DNA from: Eledone cirrhosa
Lineage: Eukaryota
Assembly: GCA_964016885.1 (NCBI GenBank)
Contig: OZ024740.1
Coordinates: forward strand, 122,388,001-122,452,000
DNA: 64,000 bases
Direction: 5' to 3'
Positions within the stretch are counted from its first letter, which is position 1, and each line of letters starts with the position of its first letter. The position numbers were made by a program, and so were the translations under genes. The notes below the pieces were generated by a model. It was not told the origin of the DNA, did not search any database, and saw only the letters and a list, made by a program, of their open reading frames with translations. Below are positions 1-14,066 of the stretch, piece by piece.

Positions 1-989
1 CAAGGCCCAACGGTGTTTACGGATCTGAGGTCGAATATTGTTGATATCAACTTTGCCTTTCTTCCTTCCGGGATAAATAAAATAAATTACCATTCAGGTG
101 CTGGAGAAGGTTTGATTTAATCAACTGTTCCCTCTGTCAACGTATCTAATATTGTGTCAATGTTAGAAATCAATATTGTGCCTTTATATTCTGTTGTATA
201 TTCTAGTTCCAAGGTTCATCGATCGTCTTATTACAGGAGGAGTTTTTATTCAGATGATTTTTTTATCAGTAAACAACACTCACCGAATTTTTATCGGACC
301 AATACTGACTGAAACAATTTCGTTATTGAGATTACTTTTCATAAAGTAGTTTAATAATAATGTTATTTCGTAACATTTTTAGGTATTGAACAATGTTGCA
401 AATAGACTGAGTTTTCATGCTGAATAAACGTGAAATTTCCAAACGAAAATTTAATTTAAGATTAAAAGGAGCTTCAACTTCTATCTGTACGAGTTTCATT
501 TGTTAAGTGTTACAGATCACAGATAATTAATTATTTGATCATTAATAACATTATATCCAATCACAATGTGTTTAATGCATTGCGTAACTATATTTTTCAT
601 GAAAACTACATTATATAAAATAATTTTGTAACTATATTATTTTCAAACTAATTAACTATAGAATAATGTTATATAGAGAAGATATTTCAGATATAAAGAA
701 TTGTCTTCCGAAGATATTTAATATATAAAGAATTGTCTTCCGAAAAGTTAATTTAGAAATAGACACAGTAAAACAAAACCTGTTGTTATACACTATCATA
801 TTTTGTCAATTGGATATTGTTTTCTGTTTTCGATGTAAATACATTATTCTATGATGTCCTCCCTTCTAGCAAGTACATTTTTCACGTCACAAGCTTGATT
901 TTCACGTGGCCCCAGAGCTTAAACAGGCTCCGGCCTACTGGATAGGTGAAGGCCTCTCTGTCACCCCCCCCCCCCCTGTAAACAATTAT

Positions 990-1670
990 AATGTACCTGG
1001 GACGACATCAAATGTAAACCTTCTTTCAGGCAGATCGAATTTGACTTGACCAATACCACATTCGCTTGCCTGCGCTCAGTTTCACAGCCAAAGAGCGGCG
1101 CGTGACTCAATTCGGTGCCTTCCTCATCAACCGGTACACTTCTTCACACAGAATGGAATTTATTTGGCTCACACACACTCTGAGTATGTGAGCCACGGAA
1201 ATGGCGTAGCGGGCCGGTGGTTGACAAGTTTGGCCTGTACCTACTATCAGCGCGCAGGCCGGTTCCCACGCCATGCCGCTCGCAACGACATATTGAGAAG
1301 AAGCCTGGACCCTCCCTGCTTTTCATCTCAACTGGAGCCAGCAGGCCTTGATCACGAGACGGCAAGCACCCCCGATACAATTACCCTCTTCCCATTCGAA
1401 GAGGGTAAATACCTCATCTGGGACGCTATATATTATGACACATTCTCCGCCTCAAACCTAGTCACTTCCGCCACAAAACCCGGTACTGCGGTCCACAATG
1501 CAGATGAAAGGAAGATAAATAAATACCGGTGATTGTCCGGCAGCTCCCCCTTCCTACCAGTCACCGTCGATACCTCATGCGTATTTGGTCTCTGTACAAC
1601 CGAGCTCCTCCACAAGGTCGGAACGTCAGCGTGTCACTGGCATTGTCTACGGGAATGTGACCTAGGACAC
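990..1670 (+). mobile_element. Degenerate CRE-like RLE non-LTR retrotransposon, C-terminal fragment
   Basis: Interrupted translation SGA*LNSVPSSSTGTLL...GRFPRHAARNDILRRSL...EPAGL..DGKHPD.ITLFPF.EGK.LIWDA...DT...K..KY..L....F.PV.VDT..VFG, typical of CRE-type RLE domains. Confidence 0.7.
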
Positions 1671-2090
1671 AGAGCCAATCCCCCCCCCCCCATCCATCCT
1701 CATTCTTCTGTGACACTAGAACTCTTGCCTTTCCTTTCCTTTTCCGTTTTTATATTTTCTTATTTTACATTCCACTTTTTCTTCTCAATCCTTTTTTTGT
1801 TTTTGCCATATTGTTCATTGTCTCATAAAACAGCAAAATTGATCTTTGGTCCGAACCTTCTGAAAGGCTGCAGTATACGATAAACTGCAGAGAAATTCTA
1901 TGCTACGTGAAATGTAAATTATCAAGATTAAAATGTATTTATACTATTTCTATGAAGGAGCCATTTTATCAAACAATAAAGAATACCTATAATTAAACCT
2001 CAAATTAATTAGACCTCAAATATAATTAGAGCTCAAATTAGAAATAGAGAAAATTGTGTTAAAAGCGCATTACATGACTGTTAATTAAAA

Positions 2091-2247
2091 ATTGGCAGTG
2101 TCGGTAGAGGGTCGGACGTTATGCTTTGCAGTCTGATTTCAAATCCCACCGAGGTTAACTTTTCTTTTCATCCCTATAGGGACAATAAAATAAAGCACCA
2201 GTAATGCGCTGGTACAATTGCTGGCCTTATGCCAAAAGTAGAAACAT
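2091..2247 (+). mobile_element. SINE (tRNA-derived head, Meta/MESC-like core)
   Basis: ttcaaatcc B-box, core ctttcatcc..gggac.ataaaataaag.accag, 3' ggcctt.tgccaaaagtagaaaca. Confidence 0.8.
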
Positions 2248-3130
2248 TTATTCTTTGAATATATACAGAATTATTCTTTCAAAATTAGTTCCGATAAAAC
2301 GTCATTTTAACACAGTAAATGAACGACTAAAGAAGTGGGAATATAATGTCGGCAATTATAAAATAATTAATTACCTGTAATACGTTACACTTTATGTACG
2401 AAAATGGTACAAATAGAAATGTTAAAAAATTATCTTTCTTTTTACAAATTAATTTATCGGATGGAAATGTATTTATTTTTATTTCATATTAAACACAATT
2501 CCTTATATAAAATTGTTGTATAGTTAAATTGATTTTACGTATATATATTTCTATGAAATTATTTCATAAAAAGTCGCTTCGATATAAAACTTAGTTTCAA
2601 TAAGTCATTTTTGCAGTCTTTTGCAGCCAATATGTCGTTTTTGTGGCCTTTTGCAGTCTGATTTCAAATCCCGCCGAGGTTAACGTTCCCTTTCATCCCT
2701 ATAGGGACAATAAAATAAAGCACCAGTAATGCGCTGGCGTAATTGCTGGCCTTGTGCCAATTGTAGATACATTTATTCTTTGAATATATACAGAAGTATT
2801 CTTTCAAAATTAGTTCCGATAAAACTTCATTTTATCACAGTAAATGAACGATTAAAGAAGTGGGAATATAATGTCGGCAATTATAAAATAATTAATTACC
2901 TGTAATACGTTACATTTTATGTACGAAAATGGTACAAATAGAGATGTTATAAAATTATCTTTCTTTTTAAAATTAATTTATCGGATGGATATTTTTTTTT
3001 ATTTCGTATTAAACACAATTCCTTATATACAGTCGTTGTATAGTTAAAATGATTTTACGTAAATATATTTCTATGAAATTATTCCATAAAGAGTCGCTTC
3101 GATATAAAACTTAGTTTCAATAAGTCGTTT
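2125..3130 (+). repeat. ~480-bp direct tandem duplication (2125-2610 / 2650-3130)
   Basis: High-identity direct match with a ~40-nt spacer. Confidence 0.95.
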
Positions 3131-3330
3131 TCATAAAAATCGCACGATGGAATGTCGTTTAATGAAATGACATTTCTCCAAAATATATTATACCCTCGTT
3201 ACTTTTACTCTAAAACTATACTCTAAATATTTGTACACATACAGAAATATTTACGTAATATTATTTATAGATATACAGAAATATGTACGCATATGTGTGT
3301 TTGTGTGTCTATGTTATTTTGTCTTTGCAG

Positions 3331-3420
3331 AATGAATATTAGAAGTGCCAGTAAATTGACAAACTCAGAATTGGGATTAAATAAATTACAGTGGGCAAGA
3401 GGAATAAGTGCAGCAACGTG
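3331..3420 (+). CDS. Candidate 90-nt internal exon of an unidentified host gene
   Basis: Acceptor ttttgtctttgcag, donor gtgagt, length divisible by 3, open frame MNIRSASKLTNSELGLNKLQWARGISAAT(W). Protein not recognised. Confidence 0.45.
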
Positions 3421-3682
3421 GTGAGTAACAGAAAAAAAATGTAGACAATATCAGCTTACGAAATATTGCAAATAGAATTCGTCGGGCATGTAACAATATG
3501 CATTGGAATAGCAGCATGAAGCAACTTTTAAAGTATCAAGTTAACGACAGAAATATGAATCTAAATGCAATGATAAATGATTTTCAGTAAGGGAAACAAA
3601 TAAATATCAATACATATATGATGTGATCGTCACTTACATCACCATTGCCAACATTTTAAAAAGTATAATGAATATTATCACA

Positions 3683-4080
3683 GTGGATTGGAGTATCGAT
3701 AAGAGATCTGAAGCCATGCTTTTCAGCATAGAGTTACGTCCCATTACGGTCCGAGTTCAAATCCCGCTGAGATTAACTTTGCCTTTTATCCTTACGGGGT
3801 CGGTAAAATAAAGCACCAGTAATGCACTGGGATAATTGTTGGTCTTGTGACAAAAGTAGAAACAATTATTATTATTGCCAGTTGGGTGTTGGCTTGGCAG
3901 TATCAGTAAAGCGTCATACAAGTTCCTTTATATTCTGAGTTCAAATCTCATCGCGGTTATTTTTGCTTTTCATCATTACGGGATTGATGAAATAAAGTAT
4001 CAGTAACAAAGTGGAGTCAATTTGATCGATGTTCACCTCTAATTGTTGTCTGGCTTTGTGCCTAAATTAGAAACCATTAT
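3683..4080 (+). mobile_element. Two tandem SINE copies (short subfamily 3683-3876, long subfamily 3884-4080)
   Basis: Same consensus; (TTA)n tail on the first copy. Confidence 0.8.
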
Positions 4081-4884
4081 CAACAATGCCATTACTAGCA
4101 TAAGCAATATTATTTCTACTATAATGAATATTATAGGTACCGCCACTATTACCAATATTATTATCAATATTATCGATACTAACATAAAGAATATTATTTC
4201 AACATTTTATGAATATTATCGGTGCTTATACCTTTACCAAATTTACTACTTGTAATAATTCATTACCAAGGCATCAACAATAATCATCAACAAGATCTCG
4301 TAAAAGGTGATATCAACTATATACTTAATTCGGGGGTTATTCTATTGTATTGTCCAATCCCTCACAAAACGATTATGCCAGAAAAATCTTTGAACACGAA
4401 ATGGATTTGACCACGAAACCTAAATAAGTGAAACTAAAAACCATATGATAATCTATGCGACATTCACGTGGTTCTGTAAATTCACAGCCCTTCTGTTTCG
4501 AAGATATTTTTTCTTTCATCGGCACAAGGCCAAATTATTCGTGATATAGGAACCAGCGTTGATTGTATCAACACTAGTAATTGATAGATACTTTAAATTA
4601 TTAGAATTGGAAAGATCAATAGCAAATTTGAACACGATTAGATTTGGATTCAGAACGTATATCATCGTAACCAATTATTGTCAGCTGTTTTTTGTACCAA
4701 TCCACAGCGCTGGTACTTATTTCATCCAACCAAGATGATAAAAACAGATGTTGATACGATCATAATTTTAACCGAGAGAGCCATTTTACCTGCTGCTTTA
4801 GTTAGTCTGCTATCCACATCCATCAACGATAGTAATATCAAAATTCAATAATAACAAAAGCAATAAAATGTTGCTAATAATAAT

Positions 4885-5070
4885 TGTATCTACTTTTTGG
4901 CACAAGGCCAGCAATTATCCCAGTGCATTACTGGTACTTTATTTTCTCGACCTCTTAAGGGTTAAAGGTAAAGTTAACCTCGGCGGATTTGAACTCAGAA
5001 CTTAAAGGGCCATAACTCTATGCTATAAAGCATGGTGTCCGACTCTAACGATACTGCCAATCCACCTCCC
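4885..5070 (-). mobile_element. SINE, full length, with TSD tgttgctaata
   Basis: Consensus match; 11-bp direct repeat at 4869 and 5071. Confidence 0.85.
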
Positions 5071-5889
5071 TGTTGCTAATATTAATGAGCGTATGATTGC
5101 GTCAGAGACGAATTAGAGTTGGAAAAGTCCAAATTTACCTACGTAGAGATATGCTTTCGTAATGAACATTACACTGACAATCGGTAAGCACTGAATAATA
5201 TCTCGCTTCTTTCCACAATCGGAAAAAATGAATAGGTGAAACCCCAACAGTTCATTCACAGCAACAGTAGCTAGATGTATTGCAAGCATAATGGATAGAG
5301 TATATGATATTAGCGTTATATCACATGGATTTTTCTTTGAAGGTAGAATAAGCAAACAGATATATCAGAAGTTAAACCATAAATCAACATCTAAACCTTC
5401 AAGCATATAAACACTTCCCTGTCACGACTACATTTTAGTTAATTCACTGGCCTTCCCATTCTCCACTTCTTTGCTCACTCTAGATATCAGTAGCCAAAGA
5501 ATTTAAAACGTCGACATACATGTAATGACGTACCATCTTCAATTTGATCGTCAAACATACTTTTAGCATCTATTCACCCCTTCCGTTTCGAATTTCTCAG
5601 TCATCGAGGACCTGCATCAAATGTTATTCTGCCTCAAAATATATCATTCACCTGCCTCTCTACGGGAGGAAACCCTAGCTATGCACAGTGTTAGCTGCTA
5701 GTTTTCCACCACTATATGACGCCTGTACTGCTATCTGGCAATTTCGTACGTTCATACATTGGCAGTATCAGTAGAGAATCCGACAACAAGCTTAGCGACA
5801 TAGAGTTACTGCCCTTTCCATTATGAGTTCAAATTCCGACGAGGTTAGCTTTGCCTTTCACGGTCGCGTTTAATCTCCGAGATTGGGAA

Positions 5890-6260
5890 AATCCAAGTGT
5901 CATACCATTTCGTTTTCTGAGAAATATCGATTGCAAGGATGTCGGAGTTCATAATAGCTGAAAACATACCTGAATAATGCAGTTTCCATCCTCCCCTTAA
6001 ATGCACAGTCCCGAAGACAGGGACCTTTTTTTGAAGAAATCCCGACTATATCTAGTCGGTATCATCGAGCGTTCCCCACTAGTTCCCGTTCCCTGCCTCT
6101 AAGTTTTGTGGCGTTCCAGTTACCATTTGTCAATGTCTTCTCCCTTCCGGACAGTCTTTGTGTTCTCTGGATACGTAACATTTGTGCCTCCCTCTCACAC
6201 CTCCTATGACAGCTCACAGGCCAATCGGCAGTTCTTGCAGGGTGAAGGACGATTTGGTGT
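5890..6260 (-). mobile_element. RTE-clade (Rex3/Expander-like) LINE fragment, APE N-terminus
   Basis: Minus-strand WNATKLRGRERELVGNAR*YRLDIVGIS...GTVHLRGGWKLHYSG resembles WNVTSL.GKE.ELV.E.ERYRLDIVG...GW.L.YSG. Confidence 0.7.
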
Positions 6261-6660
6261 AGATGACTTTACTATATCTAGCTATATTTCAGTGTTATGC
6301 TGGTCTTATCCGTGTTACTTTACGTAAAAGACGTAAACATGAAACAACACAATACAAGAGTGCTCTACAACACAATACATTAGAATGGAACAATAACGCT
6401 ATATTAAATTTAAAAAGTCTTTTAACGTTTTGGACCCTAGTTTTCATAGGATGATGGAAACAGAAAAAGTAAAGTATTTATGGTATATACGAGAAAACGT
6501 AAAGGAGGGGGGATTAAATAATTGTTCATCGAAAAGTCGATATTTTATCGTCGCATAGAGTGTTCGGTCATTGGACCAGCAGTAAAAACTGGTTGATTGG
6601 CAACGGGATTGAAGTATCATGTAGGTTGCAGAGTGCTCTACTATTGTAGCAAAAACTATG

Positions 6661-6845
6661 TATATCAGGATTAAACCAGTATTAAACTAGTTAGACCATT
6701 ATTCAATAGATTACTCGATACTTGGGATAGTCGAGTGTGACAATATTGGAAAGAGTCGTTAACATTTTAATGTTTTTCATCGAGACGTCGTTTGTTTCTC
6801 GCCAGCTGTTGAAACGCCAAGTCCTCAGTCGTTGGGATCCGACAC

Positions 6846-6852
<7 letters not shown>
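6661..6852 (-). mobile_element. Old diverged relative of fold-back family A
   Basis: tactcgatacttgggatagtcgagtg resembles tactcaatacttagggtagtagagtg; gctgttgaaacg..ctcagtcgttgggatcc resembles gccgtcgaaacg..ctcagccgtcggggtcc; abuts (TA)n. Confidence 0.55.
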
Positions 6853-6924
<72 letters not shown>

Positions 6925-6931
6925 TATATGA

Positions 6932-6981
<50 letters not shown>

Positions 6982-9900
6982 TCATATACGCAGAAGGATG
7001 CACGCACTCATATACATTTTGTAATATATAAATATTATATGTTTGTATAAAACCCTAAACCCATTGGAGATATTACAATGCATGTATGAATGGAATTATT
7101 ATAATTATCAGGCAAACGCTAATAGAAAATGTTAACGGCCTGCACCATCAATTATATCTGATGAAGCGAAAAATTGTGTACGTCGATTATAAACTGTATA
7201 AAAATGTATTTAACTATTCATATTTCAACTAGTAAGCATCACAGTTGTAATGAGGACTATTTGACCTCCAAACGAACGAGTACACATATATACAGCACAA
7301 CAATAGAGTTTCTACATGTTGATGCATATAACAAACATTTCTTCGAAATTTCACAATATCGAATAAAAGGAAGTACAATTTGGATTATATAATCTTATTA
7401 AAAACGACTCAGAATATTATAATTTTTGTAAATTATGTGCTAGATGTGCTTTGACAAACTAAAGAGATAGGTAATCACATTAATCTTCGAGATATAGACC
7501 ACGAAATTCGGAACTTTCACTAAAGCAGTGCAAATGATTTATAAGTGAAAGGATTCTAATAAATGCAAAATGATAATCGATGTTAAAGGTATATTGTAGA
7601 GGAAAACAATCACCTTTATGTTTAGAATGATTAGTTTTAAAATTAATATACCAAACAGGAGTGCTATAAAATAAAGGCTTTTACTTGAGAGAATTCTATG
7701 TCGATTGTTTACATAACTTTAATGATCAAACGCTACAGAAGCGATATTTATTTTAATAATTTCACCCACGACAATTACGTGTACAACCTGATAGTAACTG
7801 AGAGCAGGAATGTTGAAAGAAGGTAGTTTGGAAATAAACCAAACGTCATTTTATCAGCAGTGTCATGATGTAAAAATGCACCATAGAAATTTTAAAATGC
7901 CATGATAGATTCTTGAAAAGCATTGTGTTGTTCCTCACTAATGAATGCTTAACGCATTACGGTTCTAATACCATCATTAAAGGTATACGTAAAACTTGTT
8001 TATCATCCTCAAAGCTGGAATTGCTAATTGTTTCTGATGTTCATAGATATGTCAACTAAATATTACAAAGATAATCTTTTCGATCTTTTGAAAAGTAATC
8101 CACGAGATTCGTGTCAAAATATATAGAGAACAATGCCTCTGCTTACATATTACAGTCTTTAACAACAAATACCACTAATGAAATCTATATTTTTTAGGGA
8201 GATATCTAAATCGTTATACTAGAATACATACACTGCTAAAACCAGTTACATAAATCAAACATATAGCTGATATGTGGATGGAATTCAAGTAGTATTTGCT
8301 TTTGTTTTGTGTGTGCTTAATAATGAAATGTGATGAAATTGCTTTCTAAAACTACTTACATCATGATTATTTTTTCCTTTCATTTTTCAAAATGCTGAGA
8401 CCAAATACAATAGCATTAACAAAAATTCTTATACAAAACTATAATTTTTTAAATGTATACCGAGCGGATCACTCCTCTTACATGACACTTTACGACTGTG
8501 CTTATATAAATTAAGATCCAGATTATTTTCAAGCCAGCAAAAATATGTTGCTCTTTTGGATCTCATTTTCGGTGCTATAACAAATACACCATATTCGCAT
8601 ACAAAGATATAAATTAAATTGTAACAATATTCTTTCAGATTCTACTGCTCCCCATTAATATGAGTGGCGTATACATATATATGTGTTTGAGTATGTGCAC
8701 GTATGTATTATTCTTAGAAGCTAGGTAATTACATGGAATAATATGGTTTCATTTAATCATAAAATCTTCACATCCAGAGAACTATTTTACTTCTAAAAGC
8801 GGGTCAGCGTTTTCTCTTTATTGAAGAAGTCATTTAAATCTTGTTTACTTACTACTCACTGAAGCTTTCTGTTTAAGTCCATTTATCAAAATTGTTAAAA
8901 ATTATTTCCCATGGAAAATCCCAAATGACCGGACACAACACAAGGGTCAATCATTTTATATCATCACTTCACCAATTGTATTATTTCTATAAGGGTTCTT
9001 TAGTTTTGCAAGTAGGTTTTAGTCGTGTTGCTCATTTGAGTTTCGCTATGTTGATATTTGGCTAATTTATATAGTAATATTAATGAAGATAGCATTCAAA
9101 ATTATATTTTTATGTCAACAGCAAGTACAAAAACAAGCTGACGTTTCTTTTACTAAAACGTTAGGAATAACAATCCATTGCTGATTCCTGATTCTCTATT
9201 ATATCCCCGATGTGAAGACAAACACAATAGCAATGGGTTTTTCAAAGTGTTTGCATTTCCTTTTTTTTTTTGATACTTGTGTTGTAAATGAAGATTCTTT
9301 AAGGAGAGATAAAAATATGATAAAACTGAGTAAACAAGTTAAGTATAGTACTTATTGGAACAGAGAGCTACTTTAAATACAAGGAATTTGTATAAATTAT
9401 CCTTTTGGAAAAAGTCAACGATCTTTTTATCATGAAAACTACAATCTCTATTGCATAGATCAAAGTCGGTAACAATGATAATAAAACCAGGCATCAGTAA
9501 ATCAAGTAACAAACGAGTTACTATAAGTAAAAATACATTTATAACTACACCCGTTTTGCTGCCCACTCTCATTTAGGCATTTCATTTCTCGGTTGATGTG
9601 CATGCTGCAAAGCTTTATTTGACCAATGTAAACAAACAGACTAAACTTCCAAATGAAGATATATATATATATATATATATATATAATTCTATGTGTGTGT
9701 ATGTATGAATGTGTGGATGTGTGTATGAATGTATGTATGTATTTGTGTATGTGTGTGTGTCTATCTATATACCCAGTGAAATGATAGCTGAGTAGTTGAA
9801 TACAAAGATTAGAAATCAAGAAAAAGATTTAAAGATTATCATTATTTATCGATGGAAATCCGTGATATAAATATGAAGTAATGTATTTTTTCCACGATAG

Positions 9901-12584
9901 TGAAATTGCAATCCGCGTTTAATAGTTTTTATCGACAAAATGTAAATAATGTCAAGATGGAAACCGAACTACCACATTATAAACAACGTGTATACGCTTA
10001 ATTCTAAATACTATCGGCCATCATCATTGCAGAGAGATATTTATAACTGTAAGCAAATCAAAATCAGACATTTGATTTTGTTTCAGCACATCATACACGT
10101 TACCAATATAACCTGATTAATTTAACTATATATTTATTTGTTCCAATACAGACAGGAATTCAACGATATTTAAAGGGGGTAAAGAGTGAAGTCGTTATGT
10201 TCGTGACGTTACTAATTAACGAGACTGTGTTCATATAACAACTTACTGATGAATGCATTTCATGAATATGATTTGAAATGTTAACTATTTCCCCATATTT
10301 TACATTTATTCTTATTACTTATGAGACTTCAGTTGTTATATGGACAGCTGATGATATTACAATACTATAGCCTATTTGCCTACATAGATGACACAATGTA
10401 TGTAAGTTTATATTTGATATTGTGACCTAATTGTTGTGTATAATGATAGGATATTGTAAACTAAAACCTAAAGCTTATTATAAAATTCCTTGTAATACAT
10501 TAAGAAAAGAAAATAGCTTAGTAGGAAGTGAAGAACCATGGGATAAAATAAGTCACCAAAGCTGGATATTGCATTAGTAATAGGAGAAAATATGTTTTTT
10601 AGATTATGGATCAACTCCTTCTATTAGTCAACATACCAATGAGATAATATGAGCCACAAATTAAACATTTCTATATGATACTTTCTTAGAATGATTATGC
10701 TTTTCTTATCCAGTTTCAATTCTCAATGTAAACTTTTGTGTTGGTTTAGGGAAAAGCATAAATGCTACAACCACTTTTTTTCCTTTCTTTTATAAATCTG
10801 AACATTTATGTACGTGTAAGAAATTATTACAACCATGAGAGGTTCCTCTACAAGTCAACATTGTGTGTGTCTGTATGTGTTAATGTAAATATATGTATGT
10901 GTGTGGGAATACAAATCTAAATATGTGTTAATATGAATGTGTCTGTGTGAATCTGTGTGTGTGTGAGACAGAGGGAGAGAGAGAAAATGAGAGTGAGGAA
11001 AGAAGAGAGAAACATCATTTTCTGAACATAAAAGCGTTTCGTGACTTCAATTATTTGACAATGTTTTATTAGCATATATGTGGTAGAGGCTAGAATGATC
11101 GGAAACAATTTTGTTGGTGACGGCACCGATAAATCAAACTGTAGCAAACACCTGCTATAAACGGAAATCTGAAACTTTTCACATTGCTGTTCATGTGTTT
11201 TGCGAGAGAAAAACATCGTGTAGCATTTAATGAAGTTTGGCGACCTTTACATTTCCCCAGTGTGCTATAAAACAAATTTACCATAAGTATGGAATTATAA
11301 AGTCGTCACATAATTCTAATGACTTCATGTGTATTTTCTTCAGCCGTTTACCAGTTATATCTCTAAAGAATGACAGAATCATGGCAAAATCTCATTAATA
11401 TGTAAACAAGCTATTCGGTTTTGAAGCTTTGCTGCGTGATCTAAAACATTCCATTCGGCTACAAAATGAGTCGATAAATGATCGAATATCTTCGATTCAG
11501 AACATATATACTTACATACATACGTACAAACGGAGACACACGCACGTACAGAAACACACACACACACACAAACACTCATATATATATACATAGGGAGTGG
11601 GGGAGAATGGAGGAGAGAAAGAAACAAAGAAAGAAATGGGTGGGGGAATTGGGTAAAATGATTGGCTACAACTAGGCTAGTGTGAAATGACGGGAGGATG
11701 AGAGAAAAGGTGCGGGCTAGAATGAACCAGAACTAAAGGAAGGGCGATTAAAATAAATTGCTGGTGATATAGAGACATTAAAATTAAGTAAGATAGATAG
11801 TGTAAAAGAAAGATATAGGAATGCAAAGAGAAAAAGAGGATTAAAAAACATAGACCGAGAGAAGAGAATGAAGACAGAGTGATAAAGACTGAGGGAGGTG
11901 GGTAGTGTGAAAGGAGGTAAAATGATTAGCGTTAAAATACGGTTTTTGTTTGATAAACTGTCTCGAGATGAACAATAATAGTAAATCGTCTGAGATGACT
12001 TTACAACCGACAAAATAGTTTTAACTTTGTTAGAAGAACTGAGGTAATGTATACACCAACGTACGAAGGAAACTCTAAAACTAATCTAATGTGGAACATT
12101 AAGAATAAAATAGAATAATCACGTTCTCGAAGAGGCCATATTAGTAGGTTTGTTTTATTTTATTCATTTTAGTTTATGTTTGCTATATATTCAATAAAGA
12201 AATTTCAGAGAAAACTGCCGTTTCACGAGAAAGATTTCTTTTAGCATGATTAAGTAGTGTCTGTCGAGCTGTCGGTTCTTTTACTGTATAATATATATAG
12301 ATAGTACAAGGCACAAAGTATTAGCAAAAAAACACACACAAACTAAAATAAAGCAAAAAAACAAAATGTATCCAGTAGGTTGTGAAAATAAGCCAGGCCA
12401 TTTACGATGGTTCTTTATTTGTTCTATGTAGTAAATCCTTTTTGCTTTTAACTCTGATTCGACATTTATTTTTTCTCCATACAAAAAAGCAAATAAATCA
12501 AGGCATGCGTAATATAAATACATACAGGAATACACATACACATACACACGTATTCGTACACGTACATACACACATATATATACA

Positions 12585-12651
<67 letters not shown>

Positions 12652-12796
12652 TGTGAGAAAAATAACAGACCCTCCATCTCAACTCTACTTTTGAAAAGCA
12701 GAACTGCGAAACCGGTAAAGGAACCAACCAAATAAGTATATATGTATATTTGAAAAAAAAAGACTCCAGTTGCATTTTCGATTTCTTCTTTTTTCC

Positions 12797-12906
<110 letters not shown>

Positions 12907-13530
12907 ATATATATTAGATAATAGAAGCGTTGTTCGATAGGAAGTTTGAATTTGAAAGTTAGTATTATCAACATCCTTTTGATAACCAAAATTAGGCTAA
13001 GTGGGGTATATAAACCATTGAGGCGGTAAATATGTGTAAAAACTATGCCAGTCTCTAGAGTTTATATACCCAATTTATTTGATTATGTATGTATATTTGT
13101 TTGTGTGTTTGTATATATATGTTTACGGACACACTCAGACTCACACACACTCATATATATATATGTATCTATATATAATGAATGTAATCTGAGTTTTTCG
13201 AATTTTAATAATAATATTCGATTTGTTTGCAATTATGCAAACAAGCCTCGATTTTAAAGCCATGTCAGTAGAATGAGCCCCTCATTTTTGAGGGTATCAA
13301 CCTAAATCAGCACAGCTCACTGTTGACTTGCCAACTCTCTGGGCTAGTGAAAATATATACTATTTTCTAAATTATACAGTGACTGATCGGCCTGATTTGT
13401 ATATTAGCAGACTAGTTGATCAGTCAGATCCAATGCTCAGCCAGAGTTGCAAATCAGCAGACTGGCCAGTCAATTTCCTGTATGCGAGCGATCAATGGCC
13501 GACTTTGCCATATTCAAATTAAACTCTAAG

Positions 13531-13615
<85 letters not shown>

Positions 13616-13617
<2 letters not shown>

Positions 13618-14008
13618 TAGAAGTGGTATTTAATGTGATGGCAGTCCGACAAACAAATGTTTATAACTGATTTAGGGCACTCAACATATACTGGAGTAAA
13701 TATTCAATGATATTAAATAAATGGAAACTATATTTATTTTATTATATATATTTCAAGGGTTCCAAGACAACATTGGTACGCTTTCATCAGATAAAATACA
13801 AAGTTTGTTTTATAAATATAGCGACATACCCATGAAAATCATACCTTATCGCTTGGAAATTCACTGGATAGATATCCGGTGAATTTCCAAACGATAAGGT
13901 ACGCTTTCATCAGATGAAAGCGTACTAATCTTGTCTTGGTACTCTTGCAATATATATAATAAAATAAATATGGCTTTATAATTATAGTTTCCTTTTACTT
14001 AATATCAT

Positions 14009-14010
<2 letters not shown>
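13616..14010 (-). mobile_element. TA-inserted fold-back element, family C, carrying a hammerhead motif
   Basis: Arms ~13705-13790 and ~13911-14010 are inverted; nested hairpin at 13852-13901; TA tracts on both sides; related sequence at 36270-36520. Confidence 0.8.
13735..13798 (-). ncRNA. Minimal type I hammerhead ribozyme (PLE type, palindromic stem III)
   Basis: Minus strand: tattttat CTGATGA aagcgtaccaa-tgttgtc-ttggaaccctt GAAA tatata TA ataaaata. Stem I is 8/8 paired and the core is intact. Confidence 0.8.

Positions 14011-14066
<56 letters not shown>

Noticed and set aside
679-745. Short tandem duplications (32 bp here; 15 bp at ~16460; 25 bp at ~37630)
   Set aside because: Ordinary slippage events with no further structure.
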